Assembly: GCA_965217775.1 (NCBI GenBank)
Contig: CBDCJH010000002.1
Location: 800,001-864,000 of the forward strand
Length of the DNA stretch: 64,000 bases
From: Acidobacteriota bacterium
Lineage (GTDB): Bacteria; Acidobacteriota; UBA6911; RPQK01; JAJDTT01
Direction of reading: 5' to 3'
This document shows, in pieces, positions 28,282-39,062 of the stretch (position 1 is the first letter of the stretch; every line of letters begins with the position of its first letter). The notes beneath the pieces are model-generated. The model saw only the letters and a program-made list of their open reading frames with translations. It did not search any database and was not told the origin of the DNA. Made by a program: the position numbers and the translations under genes.

Positions 28282-29660
28282 TAGAGCCGGATCGGGATCA
28301 GGAGCATGGCGATCACGCTGAAGCAGAAGCAGGCCAGACCCACCAGTGACGAGTAGCCCACCACGTCCCCGAACCGCATCCGCGTCAATGACAATATCGG
28401 TATCGCCCAGAAGGGCTGGATAAAGTTCGTCGTGGAGTCGCCGTAGGCATAGGAAAGCAGGATCGTGGTCACCGAAACCCCCAGTTCCTCGCCGGCGGGG
28501 ATCAGGAAGGGGGCCTCGATCATCCACTTGGAGCCTCCCGAGGGAACGAAGAGGTTCATGAAACCCGAATAGGCGTAGACCACGATCGGATAGGTGCCCG
28601 CGGATGCCAACTTGGCGAACAACCCGCCCAGCCAGGCACCCAACGCCGTGTTGTTCATCACGCCGAAGATGCCGGCATAGAAGGGGAACTGCAGGATGAT
28701 TCCCCAGGTCGCGCCCGCACCTTTGCGGCAGGCCTGGATGAAGGAATCGGGGCGGCCATGGAGCAGCAGAGCGGTTCCCAGAAAGAGCATGTTGTAGCCG
28801 TTGATGGTCCACGCCGTCCCAAAGCCTCGAGTGACCAGGGTATGGCCCAGGGGATAGAGGATCAGGACCACGGCCAGCGCAATCCAGCCGCGGAAACGTT
28901 CGAGAGCGCCGGCCGGTGTCGAGATCCTCTCCGGAAGCAACGGCGGTCGAGGCAGGATAGCTTCCACCTGCTCCGTAGAGAGCGTGATCCGATCTCGTCC
29001 GGGGTGCAGCAGAAGGAGGGTGGCCAGCCCGACGGCGGCGATTCCGACGGTATAGATCAGGTTGAAGGGGTTGAACAGCGTCTCGGTGACCGGTAGCAGG
29101 CGATCCACCACCGGCTGTCCCGTGGCCGGTTCCAGGAACGGATTCCTTGGAGTGGCCATGATGAGGGGCGCGGAAGCGGACAGCCCGCAGTGCCACACCG
29201 TCCCCATCCCCAGGTAGGCGCCGACGATCAGAATCCGGATGTCCGCCCTCGGATTGTGACGGCAGACGAAGGGAATGAAGAGGGCGCCGCCGACGATGCA
29301 GAAGGCCCAGTTCAGGTATCCGGTGACCAGCGAGAACAGGCCCGCCAGGAGCACGGCCTGAAGTGGCCGCTCGGGGTCGGGAATCCGGGCGATGCGATCC
29401 AGCAGCCGGTAGACCGGCCGCGACGACACGCAGGCGTGGGAGGCCACCATGGCGATGGCGAATTGCATCGCCAGCTCCAACAGGGTCCACATGCCTGTCC
29501 CCCAGGCCAGGACCGCCGCCTCCAAGCCCACGCCGGCGCCGGCCACCGCCAGCAGCAGGGCGGCGGCCGTCAAGAACATGCAGATGACCCAGGAATCGGG
29601 CACCCAGCGTTCGGTGAAGCGGGAAAGCGAAACGCCGAGATGTCGGAACCACTCGATCAT
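28281..29660 (-). CDS. short-chain fatty acid transporter (AtoE family)
   Basis: ERWVPDSW, ILQFPFYAGI, NLFVPSGG, NFIQPFWAIP. Confidence 0.9.
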   Translation of the reverse strand: MIEWFRHLGVSLSRFTERWVPDSWVICMFLTAAALLLAVAGAGVGLEAAVLAWGTGMWTLLELAMQFAIAMVASHACVSSRPVYRLLDRIARIPDPERPLQAVLLAGLFSLVTGYLNWAFCIVGGALFIPFVCRHNPRADIRILIVGAYLGMGTVWHCGLSASAPLIMATPRNPFLEPATGQPVVDRLLPVTETLFNPFNLIYTVGIAAVGLATLLLLHPGRDRITLSTEQVEAILPRPPLLPERISTPAGALERFRGWIALAVVLILYPLGHTLVTRGFGTAWTINGYNMLFLGTALLLHGRPDSFIQACRKGAGATWGIILQFPFYAGIFGVMNNTALGAWLGGLFAKLASAGTYPIVVYAYSGFMNLFVPSGGSKWMIEAPFLIPAGEELGVSVTTILLSYAYGDSTTNFIQPFWAIPILSLTRMRFGDVVGYSSLVGLACFCFSVIAMLLIPIRL

Positions 29661-29716
29661 GGGCTGAGGTTATTTCGCCTTCGCTGGGATCCGGCTCCGC
29701 GGGCCATGGCGGAATG

Positions 29717-30685
29717 TCAGGCGTTCCCGGCGGGCGCCGGCCGGCGTTCCCGGTACCAGTCCGCGGTCCGAGTGAGCTCGGCCTGGAAGTCGTTGGTCGG
29801 ATTGAATCCCAGCTCGGCCCGCGCCTGCGAGATGTCGGCCTGGGTGTGCGCCACGTCGGCGGTGCGGGGCGGCCGGCGTTCGAGCGGGAGCTTCCTGCCG
29901 CTGATCCGCTCCAAGGCTTGCTGGAGTTCGAGCAGGGAATGGGCCTGCCCCTGTCCGATGTTCAGCACTTCAGCGGAAAAGCTACGCGGTCGCACCGCGG
30001 CGGCGAGGTTGGCCTGGACCACGTTGTCGATGAAGCAGAAGTCCCGCGTCTGCGTGCCGTCCCCTTCCAGATAGGGCTGGTACGAAGGATCAACGTACAG
30101 GTGATGAAGCCACGCCGGCAACACCGTGGAATAGGCGCCGCCGAAACGGGCCCCGGGTCCGAACACGTTGAAGTAGCGCAGGCTCACCACGTCCAGACCG
30201 TAGAGGCGATGGAACATCCGGCACCACTGCTCTCCCTGCAGCTTGGTCAGAGCATAAGGCGACTGTGGGTGGCAGGGATGCGTCTCGGGCGTGGGCAGGG
30301 TGTCGGCGCCGCCGTAGACGGAGCTGCTGCTGGCGAACACCAGCCGGCTCTCCCCCACGAGACCGGACTTGAGCATCGCATCCAGCACCGAGATGGTGCC
30401 GGTCAGATTGGGCGTGGCGCTCCTCAGAGGTTCCTGGACCGAATAGGAGACTCGCGGCACGGCCGCCAAATGGATTACCGCAGAAGGCTTGGTTTCCCGG
30501 AACAGGCGGCGGAGCCACTCCGTGTCGGTTACACAGCGGACATGATATAGGACTCCGTCCACCGGGCGCCTGGAGGAACCCTCGGACAGGTCGTCGACGC
30601 CGATGACCTGATGGCCCAGGTCGATCAGCCTCCGGCAGGTGTTCTGGCCGATGAAACCGTTGCTCCCGGTGACGACCAGCTTCAT
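29717..30685 (-). CDS. NAD-dependent epimerase/dehydratase
   Basis: VTGSNGFIG, ASSSSVYG, PYALTK, LRYFNVFGP. Confidence 0.92.
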   Translation of the reverse strand: MKLVVTGSNGFIGQNTCRRLIDLGHQVIGVDDLSEGSSRRPVDGVLYHVRCVTDTEWLRRLFRETKPSAVIHLAAVPRVSYSVQEPLRSATPNLTGTISVLDAMLKSGLVGESRLVFASSSSVYGGADTLPTPETHPCHPQSPYALTKLQGEQWCRMFHRLYGLDVVSLRYFNVFGPGARFGGAYSTVLPAWLHHLYVDPSYQPYLEGDGTQTRDFCFIDNVVQANLAAAVRPRSFSAEVLNIGQGQAHSLLELQQALERISGRKLPLERRPPRTADVAHTQADISQARAELGFNPTNDFQAELTRTADWYRERRPAPAGNA

Positions 30686-30897
30686 ATTGTCGAACCTCTC
30701 CTGATCGTTCTCACGATCGACCGAGAGGCACACGTCGACCTGCGGCGGTTGATCACGATTCTCCCCTCGTCCATCGCCGGCGCCCACATCAAGGGACCGT
30801 AAATATAACCGCGACGAGTTCTTAAAATAGCAGAGTCGACGGACTCAAATCGGCATGGTGTCGGAGGTTGATTCATTTTGTGTGGTGGCAGGGAAAT

Positions 30898-31980
30898 TCA
30901 ACGGCCGGAAAGGTACGGCCGGAGCCGAGGGGCGATATCGGCGCTGAACCAAGCGGCGCCGGAAGGGGAGAGATGGTGCCCGTCCGTGAAGAGACTGGCG
31001 TCGGAGTAATCCTGGAGAGGGTGCAGAACGTCGACCCCTTTCTCTTCGGCCAGAGATTCCAGCAGGCGCTGGTTTCGGGAGGTGGCCGGCTCATGGACCC
31101 GGAGGAACGAAGGGTGCAGGGGCATGATCACGAAGACGGGGTTGATCCCGGCGTCTCTGACCTCGTCGATCAGCCCTGACAGATTATTCCGGTCGACGGC
31201 ATTCTCTTCCGTGAAACGGGGCCGGTCCCCCTCGCTCCGGTACTCGCCGCTGGTCAGCAAGGCCCACAGATCACTGTGCCACCCATACCGGGTCTGCAGG
31301 CCGGCCACCCGTTCCGCCTCCCGGAAGGTCATGGAGGCGTCGACGTAGGGAGTGACGTAGCAGTCTCCCAGAAACCAGCACTTCAGGTCCGGGATCAGCT
31401 CCTGATGGATGAGGTCGGAACGGTAGCGGTAGAGGGCGAGATGGCGAGCCAGGAAATGGGAGATCATCGTCCCGATCGAATCCTCGGCACCCGATTCGGG
31501 ATGAGTCATCCGAAAATGCAAAGAGTCCCGGTAGAGGCGGATCAGCCGTGTGGACTTTGCCGTCGTCAGGAGCCAATCCGGACTGACCCCGAACACCAGG
31601 GTCCCGGGCCGAATGCCGTTGCCCAGGAGCAGTTCGGGCAGGAAGACCCGCCGTGTGAAGCGGACCGTCTGCGAGCCGGTGCCGAAGTTGAAGAAAGTCT
31701 CGGGCGGCAGGTTCAACGCGCGGCCGATCACTTCCGGGTCGAATCCGCACTTGGTCCGGGAATCTCCCGTAAAGACGATCCGCGGCGGCTGCTCATATCT
31801 GAGGACGCTGGCCAGACGTTTCGTCACGCGGGGATCGTGGGTCGGAATCAAGCGGACGTCGAACTGGGGAAGGACGATCGTTCGGACGTTGAGCTCGACA
31901 AAGGTCCAGTCCAGCAATTTGACGGCGGCAGCGGCCAGCAGGAGCGTCCCCAGAACCCTGAGACTCAGGTTTGCCCGCAT
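30898..31980 (-). CDS. SGNH-like / DUF1574-like membrane-anchored protein
   Basis: N-terminal TM, FTGDSR and DGHHLS motifs. Confidence 0.7.
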   Translation of the reverse strand: MRANLSLRVLGTLLLAAAAVKLLDWTFVELNVRTIVLPQFDVRLIPTHDPRVTKRLASVLRYEQPPRIVFTGDSRTKCGFDPEVIGRALNLPPETFFNFGTGSQTVRFTRRVFLPELLLGNGIRPGTLVFGVSPDWLLTTAKSTRLIRLYRDSLHFRMTHPESGAEDSIGTMISHFLARHLALYRYRSDLIHQELIPDLKCWFLGDCYVTPYVDASMTFREAERVAGLQTRYGWHSDLWALLTSGEYRSEGDRPRFTEENAVDRNNLSGLIDEVRDAGINPVFVIMPLHPSFLRVHEPATSRNQRLLESLAEEKGVDVLHPLQDYSDASLFTDGHHLSPSGAAWFSADIAPRLRPYLSGR

Positions 31981-32134
31981 CTCACCTACTCTACAACGCG
32001 GCGGCAATGGCCGGTCCGGTCCCGGGCACCGAAACCGTCCGGGAAGACTTGACTCTGGTACTCGGCAGTGATACGCCTTGTGGTGTTTCGCATGCCAGCT
32101 TCTTTCATATTGGCCTTTTAAAGAGGGGGAAATC

Positions 32135-35100
32135 ATGAGCGAACGGAAGGGCTCCGTCCTTTTTCTGCTGGTCGTCCTGTTGGCCTGGAGTCCGGTCTGG
32201 GCTCAGAGAACCCGCGGCTCCATCGGCGGCCGCATCGTGGACGACACCGGCGGCGTCATCCCGGGCGTGGCGGTCACCGCAGCCAACGTCGCCACCGGAG
32301 TGGATCTTTCCACCGTCAGCAACGACACCGGCTCGTACCGGATCAACTACATGGACCCGGGAGAATACGAGCTGACCGTGTCGCTTCCCGGATTCAAGAC
32401 CATCAAGCAGCCGGTCCAGGTGCGGACGGGGGAAAGCCTGATTCGGGACTACACGTTGGAGGTGGGCGAGGTCACCGAAGAGGTGACGGTCCAGGCCCAG
32501 GCACCCCTGCTTCAGAGCAGCAACGCCACGCTGAGCAATCTCATCGACAATGAACGGATCGAGACCCTGCCGCTGGCTCAGGGGAACCCGAGCCACCTGC
32601 TGATCCTGGCGCCCGGCGCCTCCAGCCCGCCGGGTGGCGGCTGGAAGTGGGACGAACCGGGGTGGTCCATCGCCACCGGCTTCTATTTTCACGGCACCCG
32701 TGGAAACGCCATCGGCTTCACCCTCAACGGGATCAACAACGTGGGGAACGCCGTCGGCGGCAGCCAGCAGGCCCAGGTCCAGCCCTCCACCGAGGCCGTC
32801 CAGGAGATGAAGATCTCCCACGACTACGACGCCACCAAGGGACACCACTCGGGGACCACCATGGACGTGACCATGAAGTCGGGAACCAACAAATGGCACG
32901 GGTCGGTCTACGGATTCTGGCGCAAGAGCGACTGGAATGCCGCCGCCTTCTTCGACAACCGCGCCGGCGCGGACAAAGTGCCATCCTTCTATCGGCGGCA
33001 CGGCGGCGGAGTCAACGGTCCCGTCTTCAAGGACAAGACCTTCTTCGCCTTCACCTTCGAGAGCACCTTCCAGGAGACCACCGAGTTCTACGGGACCCGG
33101 ACCGTGCCTTCTCCAGCCATGTTGCAGGGGGACCTGTCGGCATTGCTGGACGCCGGTCCCGAATACCAGATCTACGATCCCAATACCATCCAGCCGACCG
33201 GGGACGGCTTCTTTTCGCGAATGCCCATTCCCAACAACATCATCCCTTCCAGCCAGATCCACCCCATCTCCCAGAAACTGCTGGAATTCTGGCCTGCGCC
33301 CAACGTGACCGGGGGAGCCGACGGGACCCGGAACTTTCAGCCGGTGACCCCCTCCCCCACCGGGTGGACCCAGTATTTTTCCCGCGTCGACCACACCTTC
33401 AGTCCCAGCAACCGGCTCTTCGGGAGCTACGCCCTCCTGGGCAACTGGTCGGGTGAGTGGCGGGACTATTACGGCAACCTGGCCACCGGTTTCTGGCAGG
33501 CCATCAAGAGGTGGAACTTCGGCCTGGACGACGTCTGGACCGTGAGTCCCACCACGATCGTCAATTTCCGCTACAGCTTCAACCGGGGAGGATATCCCGC
33601 CTACGCCAAGAGCATGAAGAAGACGAATCATCCTTCCGGTTTCTTCGACTTGGCCACCCTTCCTTTTTCCGAGAACATGCTGAGTCAGGTGGACCCGGCC
33701 GAGACGGCGCTGCCCCACATCCAGATCCAGGGGTTCAGCGGCATCCACGATGAGACCCGGAACGCGCTCTACCGCACCATGGTCCACACCGCGGAGACTT
33801 CCACCGACCTCAACCGGGGCAACCACAACGTCAAGTTGGGTATGGAGTTCCGCAGCAGCCTGACCAACCAGGCCAGCTTCACCTGGGCCAATCCGGTCTT
33901 CCGCTTCGGCTGCGATTTCACCAACGGCCCGCTGAACACCTCGCCCTGCGCCCAGGGTCAGGGTTTCGCCGCCTTCCTGCTGGGGCAACCCTCCAGCGGA
34001 TACATCAACCGGAACGCCAACTTCGCGGCCCACACCAACTACTACGGCGTCTTCCTGCAGGACAACTGGCGGGTGACTCCCGAATTGACCATCAACATCG
34101 GGGTTCGCTGGGAGTACTTCGCCCCCGTCACGGAGCGTTTCGACCGGAGCGTCAGCAGCTTCGACTTCGGAGCCGACAGCCCCATCGCGGCCGCGGCAAC
34201 TGCGGCGTATATGGCTAATCCCATTCCGGAAATCTCGCCCGGCGCCTTCCAGGTCAAGGGAGGAATCACCTATGCCGGCGTCGGCGGAATCCGAAGAGAA
34301 CTATGGGACGTTCCCTCGAACCTCTTCGCTCCCCGCGTCGGCTTCGCCTACCGCTTCGGCGAGGACACGGTCCTGCGCGGCGGTTACGGGATGTTCCACG
34401 AGCCGGTGGGCATCTTTGGAAACCGGTTCCGGCCCATCCTCACCGGATTCAGTCAATCGACCGATCTGGTTCCCAGTTTCGACAATGGCGTCACCTACGT
34501 CGCCAGCTTCGAGGATCCTTTCCCCGGCGGGATCAAGGAACCCATCGGAAACAGCATGGGTCTGGCCACGAATCTGGGTCAGAGCGTGAGCTTCTACGAC
34601 CAGAACACGGTCAAGATCCCCTACAACCAGCGGTGGTCACTAACTGTCCAGCACATGCTGCCGGCCGACACGCTGCTGGAAGTGGGCTACGTGGGAACCC
34701 GGGCGACGGGCGGATTCGGTTCCCGGAACCTGAACGTGTTGCCGGGCCGTTATCTGAGCACGCTGACCCACCGCAACGAAGCCAACATCGCCCTACTGGG
34801 CGCTTCTTTTCCCAATCCCTTCGCCGGACTGCTGCCAGGGACGGGATTGAACACCGCTAACATCAGCCGTAGCAATCTGCTCAAGCCGTACCCTCACTTC
34901 CGGAACGTGACCCTGAGCACGACCAATCAGAACTACGCGTGGTATCACGCGCTGGAGACCCGGCTGGAGCGGCGTCTGAGCCGAGGCATCAGCTACATGC
35001 TGGGTTACAGCTGGTCCAAGTTCATGGAGGCCCGGCAATTCCTCAACTCGAGCGATCCGGTCCCGTATGAGGTGGTGGCGACCGCGGACCGGACCCACAA

Positions 35101-35590
35101 TTTCAAGCTCACGGGAATCTGGCAGGTGCCCTTCGGACGCGGCCATTGGCTGGGCGGCTGGCAGGTCTCCGGAGTGTGGCAGCTCCAGAGCGGATTCCCA
35201 TTGAATTTCGGAAACGTCTTCACCACTTCGGGCTTCGACCCCAAGAAGCTGCCTCTGTCCGGCGGGACCGTGGAGAAATGGTTCAACACCAACGCCGGAT
35301 TCGAGAGGAGTTCCGCCAGGGCACCCGAGGGGACCCACATGCGGACCTTCCCCTTCCGCTTCAGCAATCTGCGTTCCGCGCCGGTCGATTTTTGGGACAT
35401 CAGCGTCATCAAGGACACCTTCATCAAGGAGGGACACCGGCTCCGCTTTCAGGCCCAGTTCCTGAACGCCTTCAACCACGCCAGCTTCGGCCCCGTGGTG
35501 ACCAATCCCACCAGCGGCAGCTTCGGGTTGGTCCAGCGGGACGTGACCTGGCCCCGGCGGATCATGCTCGGCGTCAAATACATCTTCTGA
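32135..35590 (+). CDS. TonB-dependent receptor with carboxypeptidase regulatory-like domain
   Basis: signal peptide, KSGTNKWHG, FLQDNWRV, FAPRVGFAY, C-terminal GVKYIF. Confidence 0.93.
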   Translation: MSERKGSVLFLLVVLLAWSPVWAQRTRGSIGGRIVDDTGGVIPGVAVTAANVATGVDLSTVSNDTGSYRINYMDPGEYELTVSLPGFKTIKQPVQVRTGESLIRDYTLEVGEVTEEVTVQAQAPLLQSSNATLSNLIDNERIETLPLAQGNPSHLLILAPGASSPPGGGWKWDEPGWSIATGFYFHGTRGNAIGFTLNGINNVGNAVGGSQQAQVQPSTEAVQEMKISHDYDATKGHHSGTTMDVTMKSGTNKWHGSVYGFWRKSDWNAAAFFDNRAGADKVPSFYRRHGGGVNGPVFKDKTFFAFTFESTFQETTEFYGTRTVPSPAMLQGDLSALLDAGPEYQIYDPNTIQPTGDGFFSRMPIPNNIIPSSQIHPISQKLLEFWPAPNVTGGADGTRNFQPVTPSPTGWTQYFSRVDHTFSPSNRLFGSYALLGNWSGEWRDYYGNLATGFWQAIKRWNFGLDDVWTVSPTTIVNFRYSFNRGGYPAYAKSMKKTNHPSGFFDLATLPFSENMLSQVDPAETALPHIQIQGFSGIHDETRNALYRTMVHTAETSTDLNRGNHNVKLGMEFRSSLTNQASFTWANPVFRFGCDFTNGPLNTSPCAQGQGFAAFLLGQPSSGYINRNANFAAHTNYYGVFLQDNWRVTPELTINIGVRWEYFAPVTERFDRSVSSFDFGADSPIAAAATAAYMANPIPEISPGAFQVKGGITYAGVGGIRRELWDVPSNLFAPRVGFAYRFGEDTVLRGGYGMFHEPVGIFGNRFRPILTGFSQSTDLVPSFDNGVTYVASFEDPFPGGIKEPIGNSMGLATNLGQSVSFYDQNTVKIPYNQRWSLTVQHMLPADTLLEVGYVGTRATGGFGSRNLNVLPGRYLSTLTHRNEANIALLGASFPNPFAGLLPGTGLNTANISRSNLLKPYPHFRNVTLSTTNQNYAWYHALETRLERRLSRGISYMLGYSWSKFMEARQFLNSSDPVPYEVVATADRTHNFKLTGIWQVPFGRGHWLGGWQVSGVWQLQSGFPLNFGNVFTTSGFDPKKLPLSGGTVEKWFNTNAGFERSSARAPEGTHMRTFPFRFSNLRSAPVDFWDISVIKDTFIKEGHRLRFQAQFLNAFNHASFGPVVTNPTSGSFGLVQRDVTWPRRIMLGVKYIF

Positions 35591-35618
35591 GCGTTCACGG
35601 GGTTTTGGAACCAAAATC

Positions 35619-35645
35619 GTAGGGGCAACCCTTGTGGTTGCCCCT
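35619..35645 (+). repeat. GTAG-type REP palindrome
   Basis: gtaggggcaacccttgtggttgcccct between convergent genes. Confidence 0.75.
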
Positions 35646-35710
35646 TGTCGCAGACATTCGTCCATCCGGCCGGATAAACCGATCCCGGGAATCTGGGAAA
35701 CACTCGGAGG

Positions 35711-36676
35711 TCAGGCGCAGCGGGGGTCGTCCTCGACCCAGCGTTGAAACTTGGGATTTTCGACCTGGGCCAGATGGTCTCGGGCTTGACGCCAGCTCTC
35801 CGCCCAGACCTCCGGATCCCGGAGTTCCGACTCGGGATTGGAACGGCTCCGCGCCACGAAACCCGGAAACCAGGGACGCCCGGTTGCCTGTCCGATGGGG
35901 TTGTATCGAAGATCGAAGCTGCACCGCAGTTCATCGCTTCGATTGGGGAGGGAACTGTGCATGGTCAGCTTGTGCATGAAGAGGACGTCGCCCGCCTTCA
36001 TGGGTAGAGCCATGGCCCCGGCGCCGATGAGCCGGTCGGGAATCTGAAACTTTCCCGGTGTCACGCAGTGCAAGGACAAACCCCGTCTGTGACTGCCCGG
36101 CACCACCATCAGGCAACCGTTCTCTTTCGTGGCGTCGGTGACCGGCACCCAGACCGTCAGCATCTTGGTGGAGTCGGCGTCCGGCGTCACCACGCCCTGA
36201 TCCTGATGCCAGAAGGTGCGTGAGACCAGCGAGTTCGAGAGCACGTCCTCGGACAGCAGGCGCTGGGGCGGCTTGATACGAATGTGCTGGACGGGGTTGG
36301 AGTAGATCTCGGGACCGATGAAGCGTTCGACTGCATCCAGAAGTCTCGGATTTCTGAGGAGACGGAACACCTCGGGCGGATGATGAATCGGAGTATCGGG
36401 GTCGATCCCGCTCTGGGGTAGCGAGATCTCCATCCGCTGGAAGAAGGCACCACGGGTCTCGCTGACCACCGACGCCAAGCGCGTTCCGAACGAAAGGTCT
36501 TCGTAGGTCCTGGAGAGGACCCCCTCCGCCTCCAGTTGACGGCTCAGATCGTCCAATAGACGCTGGTAGTGGTCCAGGATGGGCTGGAGATCACGCTCCC
36601 GATCCAGGATGCCTTCCAGCACCACATAGCCTTGCTCCTCGAACTGCCGCATGAAACCGTTGGGCGTTCCAGTCAT
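35711..36676 (-). CDS. phytanoyl-CoA dioxygenase family protein
   Basis: WHQD, ENGCLMVVPGSH, HSSLPNRS..R. Confidence 0.92.
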   Translation of the reverse strand: MTGTPNGFMRQFEEQGYVVLEGILDRERDLQPILDHYQRLLDDLSRQLEAEGVLSRTYEDLSFGTRLASVVSETRGAFFQRMEISLPQSGIDPDTPIHHPPEVFRLLRNPRLLDAVERFIGPEIYSNPVQHIRIKPPQRLLSEDVLSNSLVSRTFWHQDQGVVTPDADSTKMLTVWVPVTDATKENGCLMVVPGSHRRGLSLHCVTPGKFQIPDRLIGAGAMALPMKAGDVLFMHKLTMHSSLPNRSDELRCSFDLRYNPIGQATGRPWFPGFVARSRSNPESELRDPEVWAESWRQARDHLAQVENPKFQRWVEDDPRCA

Positions 36677-37024
36677 GGCCGACTCCTGCTGTTGCGGTTC
36701 AAACCGTTTCTCTCCTGCCACGCCGATGCCCAGATCGCGATCGGTGGCGGGCCTACGATTGATTCCTCAGAATACGCCTCTCCAGCCGCCCGTGGCAAGA
36801 AGAGAACCGCGCTGCAACCGGTGGGGCGCGGAACGCTCGCCACAGGGTCTCACGTCATGGCCCAACTTGATCCGGGGATTCATTTTGTATTACATACTAC
36901 ATTGAGCTGGGCAGCGGGAGAAACTAATGGGGATTATATACGAAAGTGCCGAAAAAGTTGCCCGTAGGGGTTGACAATCCCGGTACTTTCCTATAGAATA
37001 TGTCTTGTAAGTCAGGAGGATGCA

Positions 37025-37975
37025 ATGAGTTACGAGACACGGAACAAGGCACCCGGAAAGGCGTTCCGAGAGGGACTTTCACTGCGCGGATTCTTCAAGA
37101 GATTTCCCGACGATAAAGCCGCTGAGGAATGGTTCATAAAGCGGCGGTGGCCGGAGGAAGTCTGTTGCGTCCATTGCGGCTCCACCAACGTCCAGACCGG
37201 AGCCAAGCATCCTTCCATGCCGTATCGTTGCCGCGATTGCGGCAAGCGGTTCAGCGTCCGGGTCGGGACGGTTATGCAGTCCTCCAAACTCGGCTATCAG
37301 ACTTGGTTGCTTGCGACCTACCTCCTTACTACCAGCCTCAAGAGCGTTTCCTCCATGAAGCTGCATCGTGACCTGGACGTAACACAGAAGACGGCTTGGC
37401 ACCTTGCTCACCGGATACGGAAAGGTCTGAACCTGACTGGAATGGCCCTGTTCTCCGGCCCGGTCGAGGCTGACGAGGCGTATCTCGGCGGAAAGCGGAA
37501 GAATATGCCGAAGGCCAAACGCGCCAAACTGGAGGGACGTGGAGCCGTTGGAAAGACGGCCGTGGCTGCCGTCAAAGATCGCCCCTCCAACCAAGTGTCG
37601 GCCCGAGTCGTCCCTGACACCAAGTCTGAAACCCTCTCCCGTTTCGTCTTGGAGCACGTGGGAGAAGATGCCAAGATCTACACCGACGATTCAACCTCTT
37701 ACGGCCGGCTTGTCAATCACGAGACGGTCAAGCATTCTCTTCAGGAGTACGTCAAAGGCAACTGCCACACCAACGGAGCCGAATCGTTCTGGTCGATGTT
37801 GAAGCGGAGTTACCACGGAACCTTTCACCACTTCTCGGAACAGCACACCGACCGATACGTTGGAGAGTTTGCCGCACGTCACAACCTAAGGCGCATGGAC
37901 ACGTTGGATCAAATGGCCCTGGTCGCTGACCGGATGGTGGGAAAGCGGCTGCGTTACAAGGATTTGGTGGGTTGA
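37025..37975 (+). CDS. IS1595 family transposase
   Basis: protein identical to copy 1. Confidence 0.95.
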   Translation: MSYETRNKAPGKAFREGLSLRGFFKRFPDDKAAEEWFIKRRWPEEVCCVHCGSTNVQTGAKHPSMPYRCRDCGKRFSVRVGTVMQSSKLGYQTWLLATYLLTTSLKSVSSMKLHRDLDVTQKTAWHLAHRIRKGLNLTGMALFSGPVEADEAYLGGKRKNMPKAKRAKLEGRGAVGKTAVAAVKDRPSNQVSARVVPDTKSETLSRFVLEHVGEDAKIYTDDSTSYGRLVNHETVKHSLQEYVKGNCHTNGAESFWSMLKRSYHGTFHHFSEQHTDRYVGEFAARHNLRRMDTLDQMALVADRMVGKRLRYKDLVG

Positions 37976-38477
37976 ACGAAAATCGACTGAGCTTTGGAGA
38001 CCACCTTGAAGTCATGCGGGAGGATGTCCCGGATGAATCCGTTGGGAACACACCCAAGACATTGGCCTTCCCCATACCATCACACACGCTCAGGAGCTTG
38101 TCAGCATCGATAAATTCCGGTTTGAGAGGTGGGCTGCTGCTCTGGTGGAGGGTATGGAGCCGAACCGAATCCAGAGACGGGATGGCGGAAATGACGGCGT
38201 GGGACGGCTCCCGATCCGCCAGGGCCGGTTCATTGACATCGTTTCTCAGGTCAAAGGCGGCTCTACCAATCCCGGACAGGTCCAAGCCTTCAACGGCGCA
38301 CGTCAACAGGCCGGAGCTGATCTCGGCATCTTCACCTGCTTTCGAGACCGAGTGACCAACGGCATGAGAAATGCCGCCGTCAACGCCGGACGCTTCATGG
38401 ACCTGCCCAAGATTCAAATCTACACGCCGGAAGACTCCTTTGAGGGGAAACAACCTAGGATGCCGAGGGCCGCATGA
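37972..38477 (+). pseudogene. internally deleted MTase / Mrr-like passenger
   Basis: as copy 1, with 8 substitutions. Confidence 0.7.
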
Positions 38478-38656
38478 AGAAACCCAGACACAATCCCCAA
38501 CATCCCACCATCGAACTGGTCAAGGATTCCTACCAACCGACCAAGGCCGAACTGGAACCGGATATGCGCGTGGAAGCAGACTTCGAGGAGCTGGCCCGTG
38601 CATTGGTCCAGCCCGTGAATATCAGATGGATAGACCGGCCACGGAACCGGCGTTAA
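38474..38656 (+). CDS. 60-aa IS passenger protein
   Basis: identical to copy 1. Confidence 0.65.
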   Translation: MKKPRHNPQHPTIELVKDSYQPTKAELEPDMRVEADFEELARALVQPVNIRWIDRPRNRR

Positions 38657-38696
38657 TGCTCAGGTTTCGGCACTTTCGTATATAATCCCCAAACTA

Positions 38697-38942
38697 ATGC
38701 ATACTGTTCCCTTGAGGATTGCCAACCAGAAGTTCTCGAAGCTGGTCCAAGAGGTTGAGAACGGTCAGGAATTCCTGATTACCCGGAGAGGCCATCCGAT
38801 TGCGGAGCTTGTACCCCACCGGGCTGACAAGACGTCAGACCCCAACTGGAATGCGGCCTACCGGCAGATGATGACCCGCCTAAGGGAGGGTGCTTCGCTC
38901 GGAGGTCTGAAGATCGATCGGGACGAGATCCATGAACGTTAA
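38697..38942 (+). CDS. Phd/YefM family antitoxin
   Basis: ANQKFSKLVQEVENGQEFLITRRGHPIAELVP. Confidence 0.88.
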   Translation: MHTVPLRIANQKFSKLVQEVENGQEFLITRRGHPIAELVPHRADKTSDPNWNAAYRQMMTRLREGASLGGLKIDRDEIHER

Positions 38943-39062
38943 CGGGAATGGCCCACTGCTTGGCAAAAGGGTCGCGGAGACGAATCTCATCCTCCCGCAC
39001 CTGTCCGTCGAATGCCGACTATCTCCGGGACACAAGCTGTAACGGGCGTCCCCCGGTGAGCA

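Larger units (their letters stand above)
36929..38690 (+). mobile_element. IS1595-family element with passengers, copy 2 (1762 bp)
   Basis: same TIRs; 8-bp TSD aaactaat at 36921-36928 and 38691-38698. Confidence 0.95.

Noticed and set aside
24247-34033. Long antisense or overlapping ORFs (e.g. 24247-25707, 27976-29652, 32105-34033; also 45563-47212, 51829-53346, 57363-58979)
   Set aside because: Shadows of well-supported GC-rich genes, with no recognisable motifs.
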